DNA of 47,450 bases from Actinomycetota bacterium. Lineage in GTDB: Bacteria; Actinomycetota; Actinomycetes; JAKEEW01. The stretch is taken from the NCBI GenBank assembly GCA_046725875.1, contig JBKOZJ010000128.1, positions 1 to 47,450 of the forward strand. The letters run 5' to 3'. A program made the translations under genes and the position numbers. Shown one piece after another: positions 9,140-18,901 of the stretch. The number at the start of each line of letters is the position of its first letter. Position 1 is the first letter of the stretch. Below the pieces are notes generated by a model. That model was not told the DNA's origin, ran no database searches, and saw nothing but the letters and a program-made list of their open reading frames with translations.

Positions 9140-10171
9140 TTACCCCAGCCGTCCAGCGACCTGCAGCACGAACAGCGCATCGACGGTCACCCACTCGTTC
9201 GTCGCGCCGTCGCCATGCGGCCCCCACTGGACGCTATCCCTGCTTCCGCCTCGGCCGGTGGAGTAGTAGTGGCGAGCCGATGTCGCCCACCCGCCGTCCG
9301 GCAACCGCTGCGACTCCAGCCGATTCAGCGCATCGGCGCACCGCGCATCGTCGAGCCCGCCCAGCTCGGTCATGGCCACCAGGCCGGCAAGGTAGTCGTA
9401 GTGCCAGTACCGCGGATAATGCGGATGCGCGTACGCCGCCTTGACCAGCGAACCGGTTCGCCGACGGAACATCAACCGCCTGGTCAGGAATACCTCCGCG
9501 GCACGGCGCGCACTTTCCAATGCTTGGTGGGGCGGCGACTGCGCTTCCCCCACCTCGACGGTACTGCCGTTGGCCTGCCTTCCGTACAACGACAGCGCCC
9601 GAAGCGGCAGCCAGGTCTCCTCGAACGATGACACATGCGCCTCTGGTCGCCGGTCACAGTTCCACCCGCCGTCCGGCCACTGCCAATGCAGGAGCCGCTC
9701 AACGAGCTGACCGACTCGATCGTCCACACATCCAAGCACCATGAGGAAACGCAGCGCGTTGCCCTGTTGCGATGCGCATCTGCGATGCCGACCCTGCATC
9801 ACCGGCACCAGCTGACGATTGCGGACTTCCTCAAAAGTCTGCGCTTCCCGGTCCAGGTAGAAACGGCGCGCGAGCCACCAGCGCAGAACCCGGTCGAACA
9901 TCGGCTCCAGCGTGACATCGCCGGCTGGGTGGCCGAGGTCGGCGAGCGCGGAGAGGACCCAGTGTGTGCCGCGCCATTTTGCGTACGGACCACCAGGCGA
10001 GTCGCTGCAGCCGGTAAGGAGCGCGCGTACCCGAGGCGAGCGCGCGATCTCCCGCTGGAGGCTATGCATCGGCGGCGAGTCGGGGGGCTCGCCCAACACC
10101 TGCGTTCGGGTGAGCCAGCGGATCGACGGCTCATCCAACTTCAGCAGGCGGTCGACGACCGAAGCGGCCAC
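9140..10171 (-). CDS. Alpha/alpha-toroid (prenyltransferase/squalene-cyclase repeat-like) hypothetical protein
   Basis: QW-type motifs QWPDGGWNC and QRLPDGGW, plus YPRYWHYD; TACGCT 7 nt before the GTG. Confidence 0.75.
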   Translation of the reverse strand: MAASVVDRLLKLDEPSIRWLTRTQVLGEPPDSPPMHSLQREIARSPRVRALLTGCSDSPGGPYAKWRGTHWVLSALADLGHPAGDVTLEPMFDRVLRWWLARRFYLDREAQTFEEVRNRQLVPVMQGRHRRCASQQGNALRFLMVLGCVDDRVGQLVERLLHWQWPDGGWNCDRRPEAHVSSFEETWLPLRALSLYGRQANGSTVEVGEAQSPPHQALESARRAAEVFLTRRLMFRRRTGSLVKAAYAHPHYPRYWHYDYLAGLVAMTELGGLDDARCADALNRLESQRLPDGGWATSARHYYSTGRGGSRDSVQWGPHGDGATNEWVTVDALFVLQVAGRLG

Positions 10172-10278
10172 GCCGCTCAGCGTATGGCGTGTGACCCTGC
10201 ATGGAGGCGGCGTGCTGGGGCCGATCCTGGGTACGGCCTATCGGAAATCAGGCAGATCACCGGCTCGGGAGGCCAGGG

Positions 10279-11985
10279 GTGACAACGAGAACGTGGACAG
10301 TCGTGGGAATCAACCGAACACAGGACGCCTCGATCGCCGTCACGCGGGGCGGCGCCACGATGTACAGCCTGCAGAAGGAGCGGATCACTCGGCGCAAGCA
10401 CCATTGGGGGCGGCTGGGGGACCTATCCAGCCATTACCTGTCCCGTCTGCCGTATCTCGACCGGCCGGTCGACCTGGTCGTCGAGGGCTTCTCCTCCGAC
10501 ACCGAGATCCAGAAGCTTGACGACTACCACCGGGAGCTGCGGGAGTCTCTCATCCTCGCCGACAGCGGCCAGATCGTCCTGGTTTCGCACCATCTGACGC
10601 ACCTGTACAGCGCGTTTTACCCCTCTCCATACAACGTCGCCGCCGGCCTCGTCATCGATGCACAGGGCAGCCGCGTCAGCGACTTCACCGAGAACGTGGA
10701 TCTCCCTCCGGGCACGGAGCCGGACCTGCTCGAGGTCAGCTCGTTCTACCGGTGCGAGCGCGGCCGGGTCGAGTGCCTCGCCAAGCAGCTGTGGGATGGC
10801 AACTGGAATCGGCCAGCCGGCCTCGGCTGCTTCTACTACCTGCTGACAAGGACGTTGTGGCCGCACGGAGAAGGCAACGAGGGCAAGGTCATGGGCCTGG
10901 CCCCGCTTGGTGACCCCGACGTGCTGGGGCTCCCCGATCTGGATGTCAAGGAACACCAGGTCCTCATCCCGGACGAGTGGGTGAAGACGTTTTCCGAACG
11001 GGATCGCTACGAATGGACCGGCGACCGGGCGACATTCCAGGCAAGCGCCGACCTCGCCGCCGCCGGCCAGCGCGCGTTCGAAGACGCGCTGACGCAGCTC
11101 GTTTCCTGGCTACATGAGCAGACCGGGTTGGACGACCTGGTGTTCGCCGGGGGCTGCGCACTCAACTGCACGGCCAACGGCCGCATTCTGCGTGAGTCGC
11201 GGTTCGGCGAACTCTTCATCCCTCCGAGTCCCCACGACGGCGGTACGGCGGTCGGCTGCGCCCTGTACGGCCTCGTCGACTGTCTCGGGCAGGACAGCCA
11301 GTTCCGCTGGACGAATGACTTCCTCGGTCCGGAGCCGGACCCGAACGACATGGAACGCGCGGTCGCGAGCCTCCCTGACGGCCTCGTCGTCAGCCGACCC
11401 GACGAGCTCGCCGAAGCGATGGTCGGCCTCCTGAAGACCGGACGTGTGGTGGGGCTGCACGAGGGCCGGAGCGAGTCGGGCCCGCGCGCACTCGGACACC
11501 GATCCATCCTGGCCGATGCGAGCCTCCCCGACGTGCAGGACTACATCAACTCCCAGGTCAAGGGCCGGGAGTGGTTCCGTCCACTCGCGCCCCTCGTGCT
11601 CGCCGAACATGCCGAGCGGATCTTCGACGTGGATCGGCCAGCGCCATTCATGCAGTACGCAGCGGATGTGCGCCCCGAATACCGCGCCCAATACCCCGGG
11701 ATCACGCATGTTGACGGCAGTGCACGGCTCCAGACCGTGGAGCCGATCAACACGCCGTTCCTGCACAGGCTGCTGACGGCCTGGTACGAACGGACCGGCT
11801 CGCCGGTCCTCATCAACACATCGTTGAACGGCCCTGGGGATCCGCTAACAGAAACACCGCAGCAGTCGCTTGCGACTCTCCGCGACACGGGCATGCATGC
11901 TTTGGCGCTGCCGCCGTACCTCATCACCAAGGCAGACGAGCCACCCGGGCCCCGCGAGACCTGGTATCGCCCGTCAACCGGTTGA
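10279..11985 (+). CDS. NodU/CmcH-family carbamoyltransferase
   Basis: HHLTH, EGKVMGLA, GGCALNC, HDGGTAVG, GPRALGHRS, KGREWFRPLAP, HVDGSARLQ, INTSLN; RBS ggagg before GTG 10279. Confidence 0.92.
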   Translation: MTTRTWTVVGINRTQDASIAVTRGGATMYSLQKERITRRKHHWGRLGDLSSHYLSRLPYLDRPVDLVVEGFSSDTEIQKLDDYHRELRESLILADSGQIVLVSHHLTHLYSAFYPSPYNVAAGLVIDAQGSRVSDFTENVDLPPGTEPDLLEVSSFYRCERGRVECLAKQLWDGNWNRPAGLGCFYYLLTRTLWPHGEGNEGKVMGLAPLGDPDVLGLPDLDVKEHQVLIPDEWVKTFSERDRYEWTGDRATFQASADLAAAGQRAFEDALTQLVSWLHEQTGLDDLVFAGGCALNCTANGRILRESRFGELFIPPSPHDGGTAVGCALYGLVDCLGQDSQFRWTNDFLGPEPDPNDMERAVASLPDGLVVSRPDELAEAMVGLLKTGRVVGLHEGRSESGPRALGHRSILADASLPDVQDYINSQVKGREWFRPLAPLVLAEHAERIFDVDRPAPFMQYAADVRPEYRAQYPGITHVDGSARLQTVEPINTPFLHRLLTAWYERTGSPVLINTSLNGPGDPLTETPQQSLATLRDTGMHALALPPYLITKADEPPGPRETWYRPSTG

Positions 11986-13360
11986 GCACGTTGCGGGTGA
12001 TCTGCTCGACCGCAGGTTCAATGCCAGCCGTGAGGACCCGAGCCCAGTCGGTCGTTGCCGCCGTGAAGACCGTGCCACCACGGTGGTAGAGCCCCATCGT
12101 TGCTGCGCCGTTGCCGAAACCCCAGCCGCTCGTTCGGCAGTCGCCGATTCCGAGGATGACGAAATCCTGCGGGGTACCGTCCTCGCCGGTCGGCACGACC
12201 GGGTGACCGGCTGACAGGTCGGCCCGGTCGAACAGGGCTCCATCGCACTCGTAACCAACGAGATGCTCGGTCGCGCCAAACTCGTCGCCGTCCTGCAGGC
12301 CGGTCCCCTCGTATACCCAATGGCCGGCGTATTGCACGCGATACCCCACCGGCAGTGGCCGTTCGTTCCGGTCGCGCTCGCCACCGTTGCGGAAGCTGAC
12401 ACCGGTCAGAGTGTTCTCCGGCCGGCCTGACTTCCACCATTCGTGCCCACGGCGGAACACCACATCGTTGTCGAACACGACCCGCCACCAACACGTGTTC
12501 CCGCCGAAGAACGCGACGTTGCCACCCTGAGCGACGTAGGTTTCGACCGCTTCGCGCATCGCATCGCTCCAGTATTCGTCGTGCCCGACACTTACCAGGA
12601 GGCGGTACGGCGACAACAGTTGCGTGCCGTCCCTGTGCACGTCGACGTCCGTGCAGTAGTCGACGACGTGACCCTCGCGCTCCAGCCATGCAATGAAGCG
12701 GGCGTCCCAGTGAGCGAAGGTCTGCCGTGGCGTTTCGTCGTACGGGTCGTAGTTGCTCAGATCCCAGGGGATGCCACCGGTGCCGCCGCCCGGGCGGTGT
12801 ACCGAGACCCCTCGCCTCGCGTCGGCGGGCACGTCCTCCGGCCGCGGCATGTTGTAAAGGCACCAGCTGCCCAGGCCGGTGGTGGGCTCGAAGGCATCCG
12901 CGCCGCCAAGGTTGTAAGCGTGGTATGTGAGCAACGGCACCTTATAGAGGAGGCCTGCTTCGCGACCGGGGGTCTTGCCACGGACCACGAGTAACGCCGT
13001 GCCGCTACGGGCATCCACACTGGTCGGCTCGGCAGCATCTGCATCGTGCCCGTCGCCGTCGCCCTCGCTCAAGACGGCAAGATAGACGCCCGAGGTCCAT
13101 CCCACCGGGACGGTGAACCGGTAACCGGGCCACGGTGCCAACCGCTCACCACGCAGGCCCAACCCGGGCTCTCCCCAGTCCTGACCGGGCAAATGCAGGG
13201 GCGCATCGACACCGGCAAACCAGCCGGCGCCGCCGCACGGTACGAGGGACTCACCGCACCGGTAGAACTGGACACGCCACGCCGGCGCATTCGTCGCCAC
13301 CCGCAGCGTCCAAGGCTCTCCCGGACGAGGGCTTGGTTGCTCCGCGTATCCCCGAATCAC
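11924..13360 (-). CDS. N,N-dimethylformamidase beta-subunit-like protein
   Basis: SGVYLA, TYHAYN, GHDEYWS, GGNVAFFGGN, VGYECD and GGTVFTAATTDW motifs. Confidence 0.82.
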   Translation of the reverse strand: MIRGYAEQPSPRPGEPWTLRVATNAPAWRVQFYRCGESLVPCGGAGWFAGVDAPLHLPGQDWGEPGLGLRGERLAPWPGYRFTVPVGWTSGVYLAVLSEGDGDGHDADAAEPTSVDARSGTALLVVRGKTPGREAGLLYKVPLLTYHAYNLGGADAFEPTTGLGSWCLYNMPRPEDVPADARRGVSVHRPGGGTGGIPWDLSNYDPYDETPRQTFAHWDARFIAWLEREGHVVDYCTDVDVHRDGTQLLSPYRLLVSVGHDEYWSDAMREAVETYVAQGGNVAFFGGNTCWWRVVFDNDVVFRRGHEWWKSGRPENTLTGVSFRNGGERDRNERPLPVGYRVQYAGHWVYEGTGLQDGDEFGATEHLVGYECDGALFDRADLSAGHPVVPTGEDGTPQDFVILGIGDCRTSGWGFGNGAATMGLYHRGGTVFTAATTDWARVLTAGIEPAVEQITRNVLNRLTGDTRSRGARVARLPW

Positions 13361-13364
13361 CGTT

Positions 13365-14087
13365 TCAGCCGCCGCCCCAGGAGAGGCTCTGCCCAGGCGT
13401 CATTTCAATCACCTCAACCCCGTCCAGCCCGCGGGAGTTGAGCGCACCACGGAAGGCCGCAGGTGCTTCACGAGATTCGGGTGCGATCCCGTAGTGCATT
13501 GGAACGACGTGTCCGACGTGGAGCAGCCGCGTTGCCACCGCCGCCTCAAGCGGCCCCATCGTGTGATGGTCCCCCATCGGCAACAGCGCGAGGTCCGGCC
13601 GGTAGACCTCGTGGATCAGCTCCATTCCCGAGAAGGCTGCGGTATCACCAGCGTGATAGATCCGGCTCCCATCCGAGAACTCCAGTACGAAGCCCGCGGC
13701 GACACCAACGTAGGCGAACGGCTCGTCATCGACGCTCGAGGTGTGCGCAGCCGGCGTCATCATCACCCGTACCCCGGCGACCTCGATGATGCCGCCAAGG
13801 TTCATCGTGTGAACGTGCTTAACACCCCTCGAGCCAAGCCACTTCCCCAGCTCGGGGACCGCAACGATCTCCGGGGAGCTGTCCGCCGCGATCTGGAAAA
13901 TGTCACCGAGATGGTCATGGTGCCCGTGCGTGATCAGGGTGAGGTCGACATTGCGAACGTTCTTCAGCTCCTCGGGGCAGAGCGGGTTGCCAAAGGTCCA
14001 CGGGTCCACCAGCACCGTCTTGGACTCGGGTGTCCTGAACTTGAATGTGGCGTGTCCGAGCGACGTGACCTGAACATGCGCGGCCAT
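13365..14087 (-). CDS. Metallo-beta-lactamase-fold metal-dependent hydrolase (UPF0173-like)
   Basis: LGHA, THGHHDH, YHAGDT, PMHY motifs. Confidence 0.9.
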   Translation of the reverse strand: MAAHVQVTSLGHATFKFRTPESKTVLVDPWTFGNPLCPEELKNVRNVDLTLITHGHHDHLGDIFQIAADSSPEIVAVPELGKWLGSRGVKHVHTMNLGGIIEVAGVRVMMTPAAHTSSVDDEPFAYVGVAAGFVLEFSDGSRIYHAGDTAAFSGMELIHEVYRPDLALLPMGDHHTMGPLEAAVATRLLHVGHVVPMHYGIAPESREAPAAFRGALNSRGLDGVEVIEMTPGQSLSWGGG

Positions 14088-14378
14088 TCACCCACGCTCC
14101 TTGCGATTATCCGGCATCCCACTGTTGGTTCGTTCGGCGGCCGACGTACCGCTCAGCCCACAAACCCTAAGCCGGCGCGGAGGTCGCTTCGCCCGTCCAC
14201 AGGTGATCGCGAGAGTGATCGCAATGGGCCCATTGGTCGATGTCACGTGGCAGATGACCACCACGATCTCCGAGTCGCGCCGGTTGACGGATAGATGCTT
14301 CCGGAGAAATATCCCCTATTGGGAAGCGCGCCCGCCGTGGCGAACAGCGTCGCTCGCCCGGGTGCGCAGGGGAGGGTC

Positions 14379-16319
14379 ATGCGGGCCAAGCTAGCCGTGA
14401 TCGGCATTGCCACACTTCTCGTGATACCAGTGATCGCTGTGTCCGCCGCGGATGCGCGGGACCGGCCGTTCTCGACCGCCAGGATGGTTGTCCGTCCGGT
14501 CGTCGATCCGGTTACCAGCGGCAGCACGACGGGCGGCAGTGGGCAGTTCAGCAAGGTGCAGATCGAGCGCTACCGCTGCGCGGTAGCCGCTGGATCCGCC
14601 TACGGCACGCCGGCGGGCGCGATGGACATCTCCTGCAACGATGTTCAGCCCTACCGGCAGGACTTCAATCCCGACAACGAGATCGCGGTCGTGGTCAACC
14701 CGAAGGTCCCCACCCACCTGCTGGCGGGGTCCAACGACTACTTCTACCGCTTCAACAACTCCACCGGCGTGCGCCAGGCGATCGTGCCGACCGGCTTCTT
14801 CACCTCGTTCGACGCGGGTGCGAGCTGGGTCGACGGCCAGATTCCGATGCGAACGGGCAACGGCGCCGGCGACCCGTCTCCCGCGTTCAACGCGCGGCTG
14901 TCCGGCAACACGGCCCAGACCGCCTGGGCCATGATGGCTCAGCTCGAGAACATCGGCGGCCTCGGCGGCCCGTTCGTCGCCCAGGGCGACGTGTCGGTGA
15001 GCTACTCGCGCAATGGCGGCATCACCTGGAGCGAGCCGGTCACGGTGATGAAGGGCAACGGTGCCTCGATCGGTCCGGCCAACCGGGCCACCTTCTTCGA
15101 CAAGGAGTGGCTGACCGTCGACAACAACCCCGCATCACCGTTCTACGGCCGGGCCTACGTGGTCGCCGCGCGCTACCTCAACGCTTTGCACGGGGCGTAC
15201 GCCGAGTCGCCGGTGTACTTCGCCTACTCCGACGACGGTGGCCGCACCTGGTCGAGGCCCAAGGAGATCTCGGGCTCGAATCCGCTGTGCACCTTCCAAA
15301 ACACCGGCCCCACCGGCGAGTGTGACGAGAACGGCTTCCCGATTCCCGATGTCGCGCCCAATGGCGACCTGATCGTTCATTTCCAGAACGGCAACATCGA
15401 GACGGCGTGGGAGACTCCAGGCGAGTACGAGACGACGCTGCTCGCGGTCAAGTCGACCAACGGCGGCGCCACCTTCTCGGGCCCCGTGGTGATCGCCCAC
15501 CTGGAGGATGGCGCGGCCGACACGCCGTGGAGCGTTATCGGACGGCAAACCGTGACCGGTCACCAGATCCGCTGGCAGTCCCCCGGAACGATCACCGTCG
15601 ACCCGACGAACTCCGCACACTGGGTCGTCGTCTACAACGACAACTTTGCGGGGACCCACGACGCCGCACCGGCGAGCTGCCTGGAGGACATCCCCGGCAC
15701 CGCTCCGAACTACAACCCGTGCAACGCGGTGACCAACACGAACATCTACATGGCTGAGAGCTGGAACGGCGGCGCAAGCTGGACCCCGCGGATCGCGCTC
15801 GACGCCTCAGCCGGCGACCAGTGGTTCCCATGGGCCGACTTCCGAGCGAACGGCGCGCTCGCCATCGCCTACGACTCGAACGAGAACATCGCCGACCCCG
15901 GCGGGGACCGCGACGACACGTTCAACCACGTGCTTCTTAGCGTGGCGCCACGGACCGCACCGGGCGGTGCTGCGGTCGTTACCGGGCGAGAGATCCTCAT
16001 CCCCAACGGTGCTGGCCGCCAGCCGACTGAGCAGATCGACATCTCCGTGACGCACTGGGCCGGCCAGTACGTCCCGCAGAGCGCGTGGCCACGCATCTGC
16101 GGGCCGGACGGCTACACCGACCCACCGGTAACCAACGCCGAGGGCAAGGACTGCAACGTCTTCCACGGTGACTACACCGGCCTGGCTGTCGGGTCAGACA
16201 ACCACGTCAACATCGTCTGGACGGGTCTCAACCGCTTGGTGACCTCACCGCAGATCGATGTCTACACCGGCGCTCGACACGACGGCTACGCACAGGACGC
16301 CATGTTCGCGCGACGGTAG
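14379..16319 (+). CDS. Secreted BNR/Asp-box (sialidase-like beta-propeller) protein
   Basis: Signal peptide; Asp-boxes SFDAGASW, SRNGGITW, SDDGGRTW, STNGGATF, SWNGGASW; DKEW and GDYTGL motifs. Confidence 0.85.
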   Translation: MRAKLAVIGIATLLVIPVIAVSAADARDRPFSTARMVVRPVVDPVTSGSTTGGSGQFSKVQIERYRCAVAAGSAYGTPAGAMDISCNDVQPYRQDFNPDNEIAVVVNPKVPTHLLAGSNDYFYRFNNSTGVRQAIVPTGFFTSFDAGASWVDGQIPMRTGNGAGDPSPAFNARLSGNTAQTAWAMMAQLENIGGLGGPFVAQGDVSVSYSRNGGITWSEPVTVMKGNGASIGPANRATFFDKEWLTVDNNPASPFYGRAYVVAARYLNALHGAYAESPVYFAYSDDGGRTWSRPKEISGSNPLCTFQNTGPTGECDENGFPIPDVAPNGDLIVHFQNGNIETAWETPGEYETTLLAVKSTNGGATFSGPVVIAHLEDGAADTPWSVIGRQTVTGHQIRWQSPGTITVDPTNSAHWVVVYNDNFAGTHDAAPASCLEDIPGTAPNYNPCNAVTNTNIYMAESWNGGASWTPRIALDASAGDQWFPWADFRANGALAIAYDSNENIADPGGDRDDTFNHVLLSVAPRTAPGGAAVVTGREILIPNGAGRQPTEQIDISVTHWAGQYVPQSAWPRICGPDGYTDPPVTNAEGKDCNVFHGDYTGLAVGSDNHVNIVWTGLNRLVTSPQIDVYTGARHDGYAQDAMFARR

Positions 16320-16362
16320 CCGCGTCCGAATTCGAGACCTACTCGTAACTGTGTACAAGAGG

Positions 16363-16393
16363 ACCGAATCCCGGCCGATGGCCGGGATTCGGT
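16363..16393 (+). terminator. Perfect 14-bp hairpin after the BNR gene
   Basis: accgaatcccggcc-gat-ggccgggattcggt. Confidence 0.65.
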
Positions 16394-16550
16394 ACCGGAA
16401 GGCTCTGCCGACCCGGCTCCGGCTGGCGAGGCGTTCGGCCCCCGCTCGTGTTACACGCAGTCGCGGATCTGCCCGTACCACTTCGCTGCGCGGCAACCGG
16501 TTGAGCCGCTCGGTGTAGTGTGAGCTGCAGGTCTGTCGCGCCGAGGTGAA

Positions 16551-16698
16551 GGAGGTGGGGCCGCGTGAGTCGCAGCCAACCCTCCAGTACCGGCTCCTAG
16601 CATTCGCCTGATCATTCCTCCCGCGCCGGCGCTTCTTCTCCGTTGAGGCAGCCAGCTGTGGGCAACCGTCCATTGGCATCTTCGACCTGGAGGCTGTC
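16551..16698 (+). promoter_or_regulatory. Candidate corA leader with uORF and anti-Shine-Dalgarno
   Basis: RBS ggaggt followed by GTG uORF 16565-16600 (MSRSQPSSTGS); cctccag (16581-16587) is complementary to the corA RBS ctggagg (16687-16693). Confidence 0.45.
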
Positions 16699-17856
16699 AT
16701 GTCCGACTGGCGTTCCCGCGCCTTGCGCCCCGCTCGCCGTGCGCTGCGCCGGCCCACCGAACGTGGGTCGGTCGCACCGGAGCACACCATGGATCCACGC
16801 GCGACGGTCCCGGAGCCACCACCAGCGCCAGTCGCGGACAGCGTCGTTGACATCGCGATCTATCGTGATGGTAAGCGAATCGCCAGCCCGCCCACGATCG
16901 CTGAGGCGTACCGCGTGTTGTCGCGTGAGCCCGATGCGATGGCGTGGATCGGCCTATATCGTCCGAGCGAGGCGCAAGTGCTGGCCGCCGCCGACGAGTT
17001 CGGTCTCCATGAGCTGGCGGTCGAAGACGCGATCGTTGCCCACCAGCGACCCAAGCTTGACCGCTACGGCGCCACCCTGTTCCTCGTGCTGCGAGCGGCT
17101 CGCTACCTCGACGATATCGAAGAGGTGGACTTCGGAGAGATCCACCTGTTCGTCGGCCCCAACTTCGTGCTGACCGTCCGGCACAGCCAATCCCCCGATC
17201 TCGGCGCCGTGCGACGGCGCATGGAAGACGACCCTGACTTGCTTCGGCTGGGGCCAGAGGCCGTCCTCTACGGCATCCTCGACGCCGTCGTCGACGGGTA
17301 CGCCCCAGTCGTGGCCGGGCTGCAGAACGACATCGACGAGATTGAAACCGAGGTGTTCCGCGGCGACCCGAAGGTCAGCCGTCGCATCTACGAACTATCC
17401 GGCGAGGTCATCGAGTTCCAGCGGGCCACCCGCCCCCTGCTGAACATCCTGGCCGGGCTCGCCGCCGGGTTCGACAAGTACAGCACCGATGAGGAGCTGC
17501 GCCGCTACCTCGCGGATGTGGCCGACCACGCCACCACCGCGGCCGAACGGGTGGACGGCTTTCGGCAGACCCTCTCGGACATCCTCACCCTGAACGCCAC
17601 CCTGGTCTCCCAGGCGCAGAACGAAGAGATCCGACAACTTACCGTAGCTAGCTACACCCAGAACGAAGAGATCAAGAAGGTGTCGGCATGGGCAGCGATC
17701 CTGTTCGCTCCCACCGTCATCGGCACCATCTATGGCATGAACTTCGACCACATGCCCGAACTGCATTGGGTGGGCGGCTACCCGTTCGCGTTCTCGCTGA
17801 TGCTGTCCGTCAGCCTCATCCTGTACGCAATCTTCAAGAAACGTGGCTGGCTCTAG
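16699..17856 (+). CDS. corA: Magnesium/cobalt transporter CorA
   Basis: LAVEDA..AHQRPKL, signature YGMNF..MPEL, two C-terminal TMs, ends KRGWL. Confidence 0.93.
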   Translation: MSDWRSRALRPARRALRRPTERGSVAPEHTMDPRATVPEPPPAPVADSVVDIAIYRDGKRIASPPTIAEAYRVLSREPDAMAWIGLYRPSEAQVLAAADEFGLHELAVEDAIVAHQRPKLDRYGATLFLVLRAARYLDDIEEVDFGEIHLFVGPNFVLTVRHSQSPDLGAVRRRMEDDPDLLRLGPEAVLYGILDAVVDGYAPVVAGLQNDIDEIETEVFRGDPKVSRRIYELSGEVIEFQRATRPLLNILAGLAAGFDKYSTDEELRRYLADVADHATTAAERVDGFRQTLSDILTLNATLVSQAQNEEIRQLTVASYTQNEEIKKVSAWAAILFAPTVIGTIYGMNFDHMPELHWVGGYPFAFSLMLSVSLILYAIFKKRGWL

Positions 17857-18105
17857 CCGCCGACGGTGTCTCATGCAGAGCGCCGAGGGCGGACGAGTCG
17901 GCCGGCAAGCGGAACAAAGGGAGGGCACTCACCACCCTGGGCGAAGCCCCTGTTCCGGCCACGCCTCGGCGTCGACTGCCCGTCGCGAAGACGCGACGCC
18001 CACTCGCGGCCGGGTAGAGGCTTGCAGATCCAGCCGGAGGGCCCTCCACAAGGCGCTCGGCCAAGTGCTGCCGCCAACCAAAGACGAGCGCTAACCCCGT
18101 CCAAA

Positions 18106-18145
18106 GATCCCGCGAGCCTGAGGCATGGTGAGGCTCGCGGGGATC
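18106..18145. terminator. Hairpin inside the island
   Basis: gatcccgcgagcct ... aggctcgcggggatc inverted repeat. Confidence 0.45.
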
Positions 18146-18403
18146 AGTCGTCTTCGACGAGCGGCGCGGCGCGAAGCCACTTCCGGGTCATCCGCCAGAC
18201 GCGCCGCATGCCTTCCTTGTCGGTGCCGTAAAGCTCGAAGTAGCCGTCACGGAACCGCTCGTCCCACGCTGGCTTGCCGGCGGTGAACAGGCCGTCACCC
18301 GAAGGGCAGACCCAGGCCTTACGACCCATGATCCCCACGAGCACCAACACCGGGACCGCTCGCGGGGATCATCGTTACCGGGTCGTGCCGGCCGACGCGA
18401 CGG

Positions 18404-18901
18404 TCAGGAACCGCAGATCTCTGCCACGTACTCGCCCACGCCGGTGCTTCCGTCGAAGGTCCCGTCTACTCGGAAGACTCCCGTCGCACCAGCCCACTTG
18501 CCGGTTCCTGCCAGCACGGTGTCGAGTTCGGAGAATTCACCCGGCCCGGACGTCTGGAACGCGACTGCTTCCTTTTGGGACAGCGTGCCCTTATCGGTGG
18601 TGATCACTGTGTCTGCGGTGAGGAACACCACGGACGTTGTGGCGGTGTCCGCTGTGGGGGTGATGCTGGTGACCGTTGAGAAGACGAGGCCGGACAGCCC
18701 CCCAGTGAGGATGCCGCTGACGCACAGGCCCACGGGCGAGGTGCACTCTGGTCCGGCAACGCTGTTAAGGGTGACCTTGCCCCTCGCTGTCTTGCAGCTC
18801 GCCGCGTCTGCCGCGCTGCCTGAGACAAGCGCTACGGCGAGCAACCCAACGCCGATGCCCAGCGCTCGACGTCGAGTTAGAGCTTGCCTTAGTCCGTTCA
18901 T
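18404..18901 (-). CDS. Secreted hypothetical protein (beta-rich, possible Tat signal)
   Basis: TRRRAL plus hydrophobic signal, Cys pairs, GTGKWAGATG motif; RBS gaagggga. Confidence 0.75.
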   Translation of the reverse strand: MNGLRQALTRRRALGIGVGLLAVALVSGSAADAASCKTARGKVTLNSVAGPECTSPVGLCVSGILTGGLSGLVFSTVTSITPTADTATTSVVFLTADTVITTDKGTLSQKEAVAFQTSGPGEFSELDTVLAGTGKWAGATGVFRVDGTFDGSTGVGEYVAEICGS

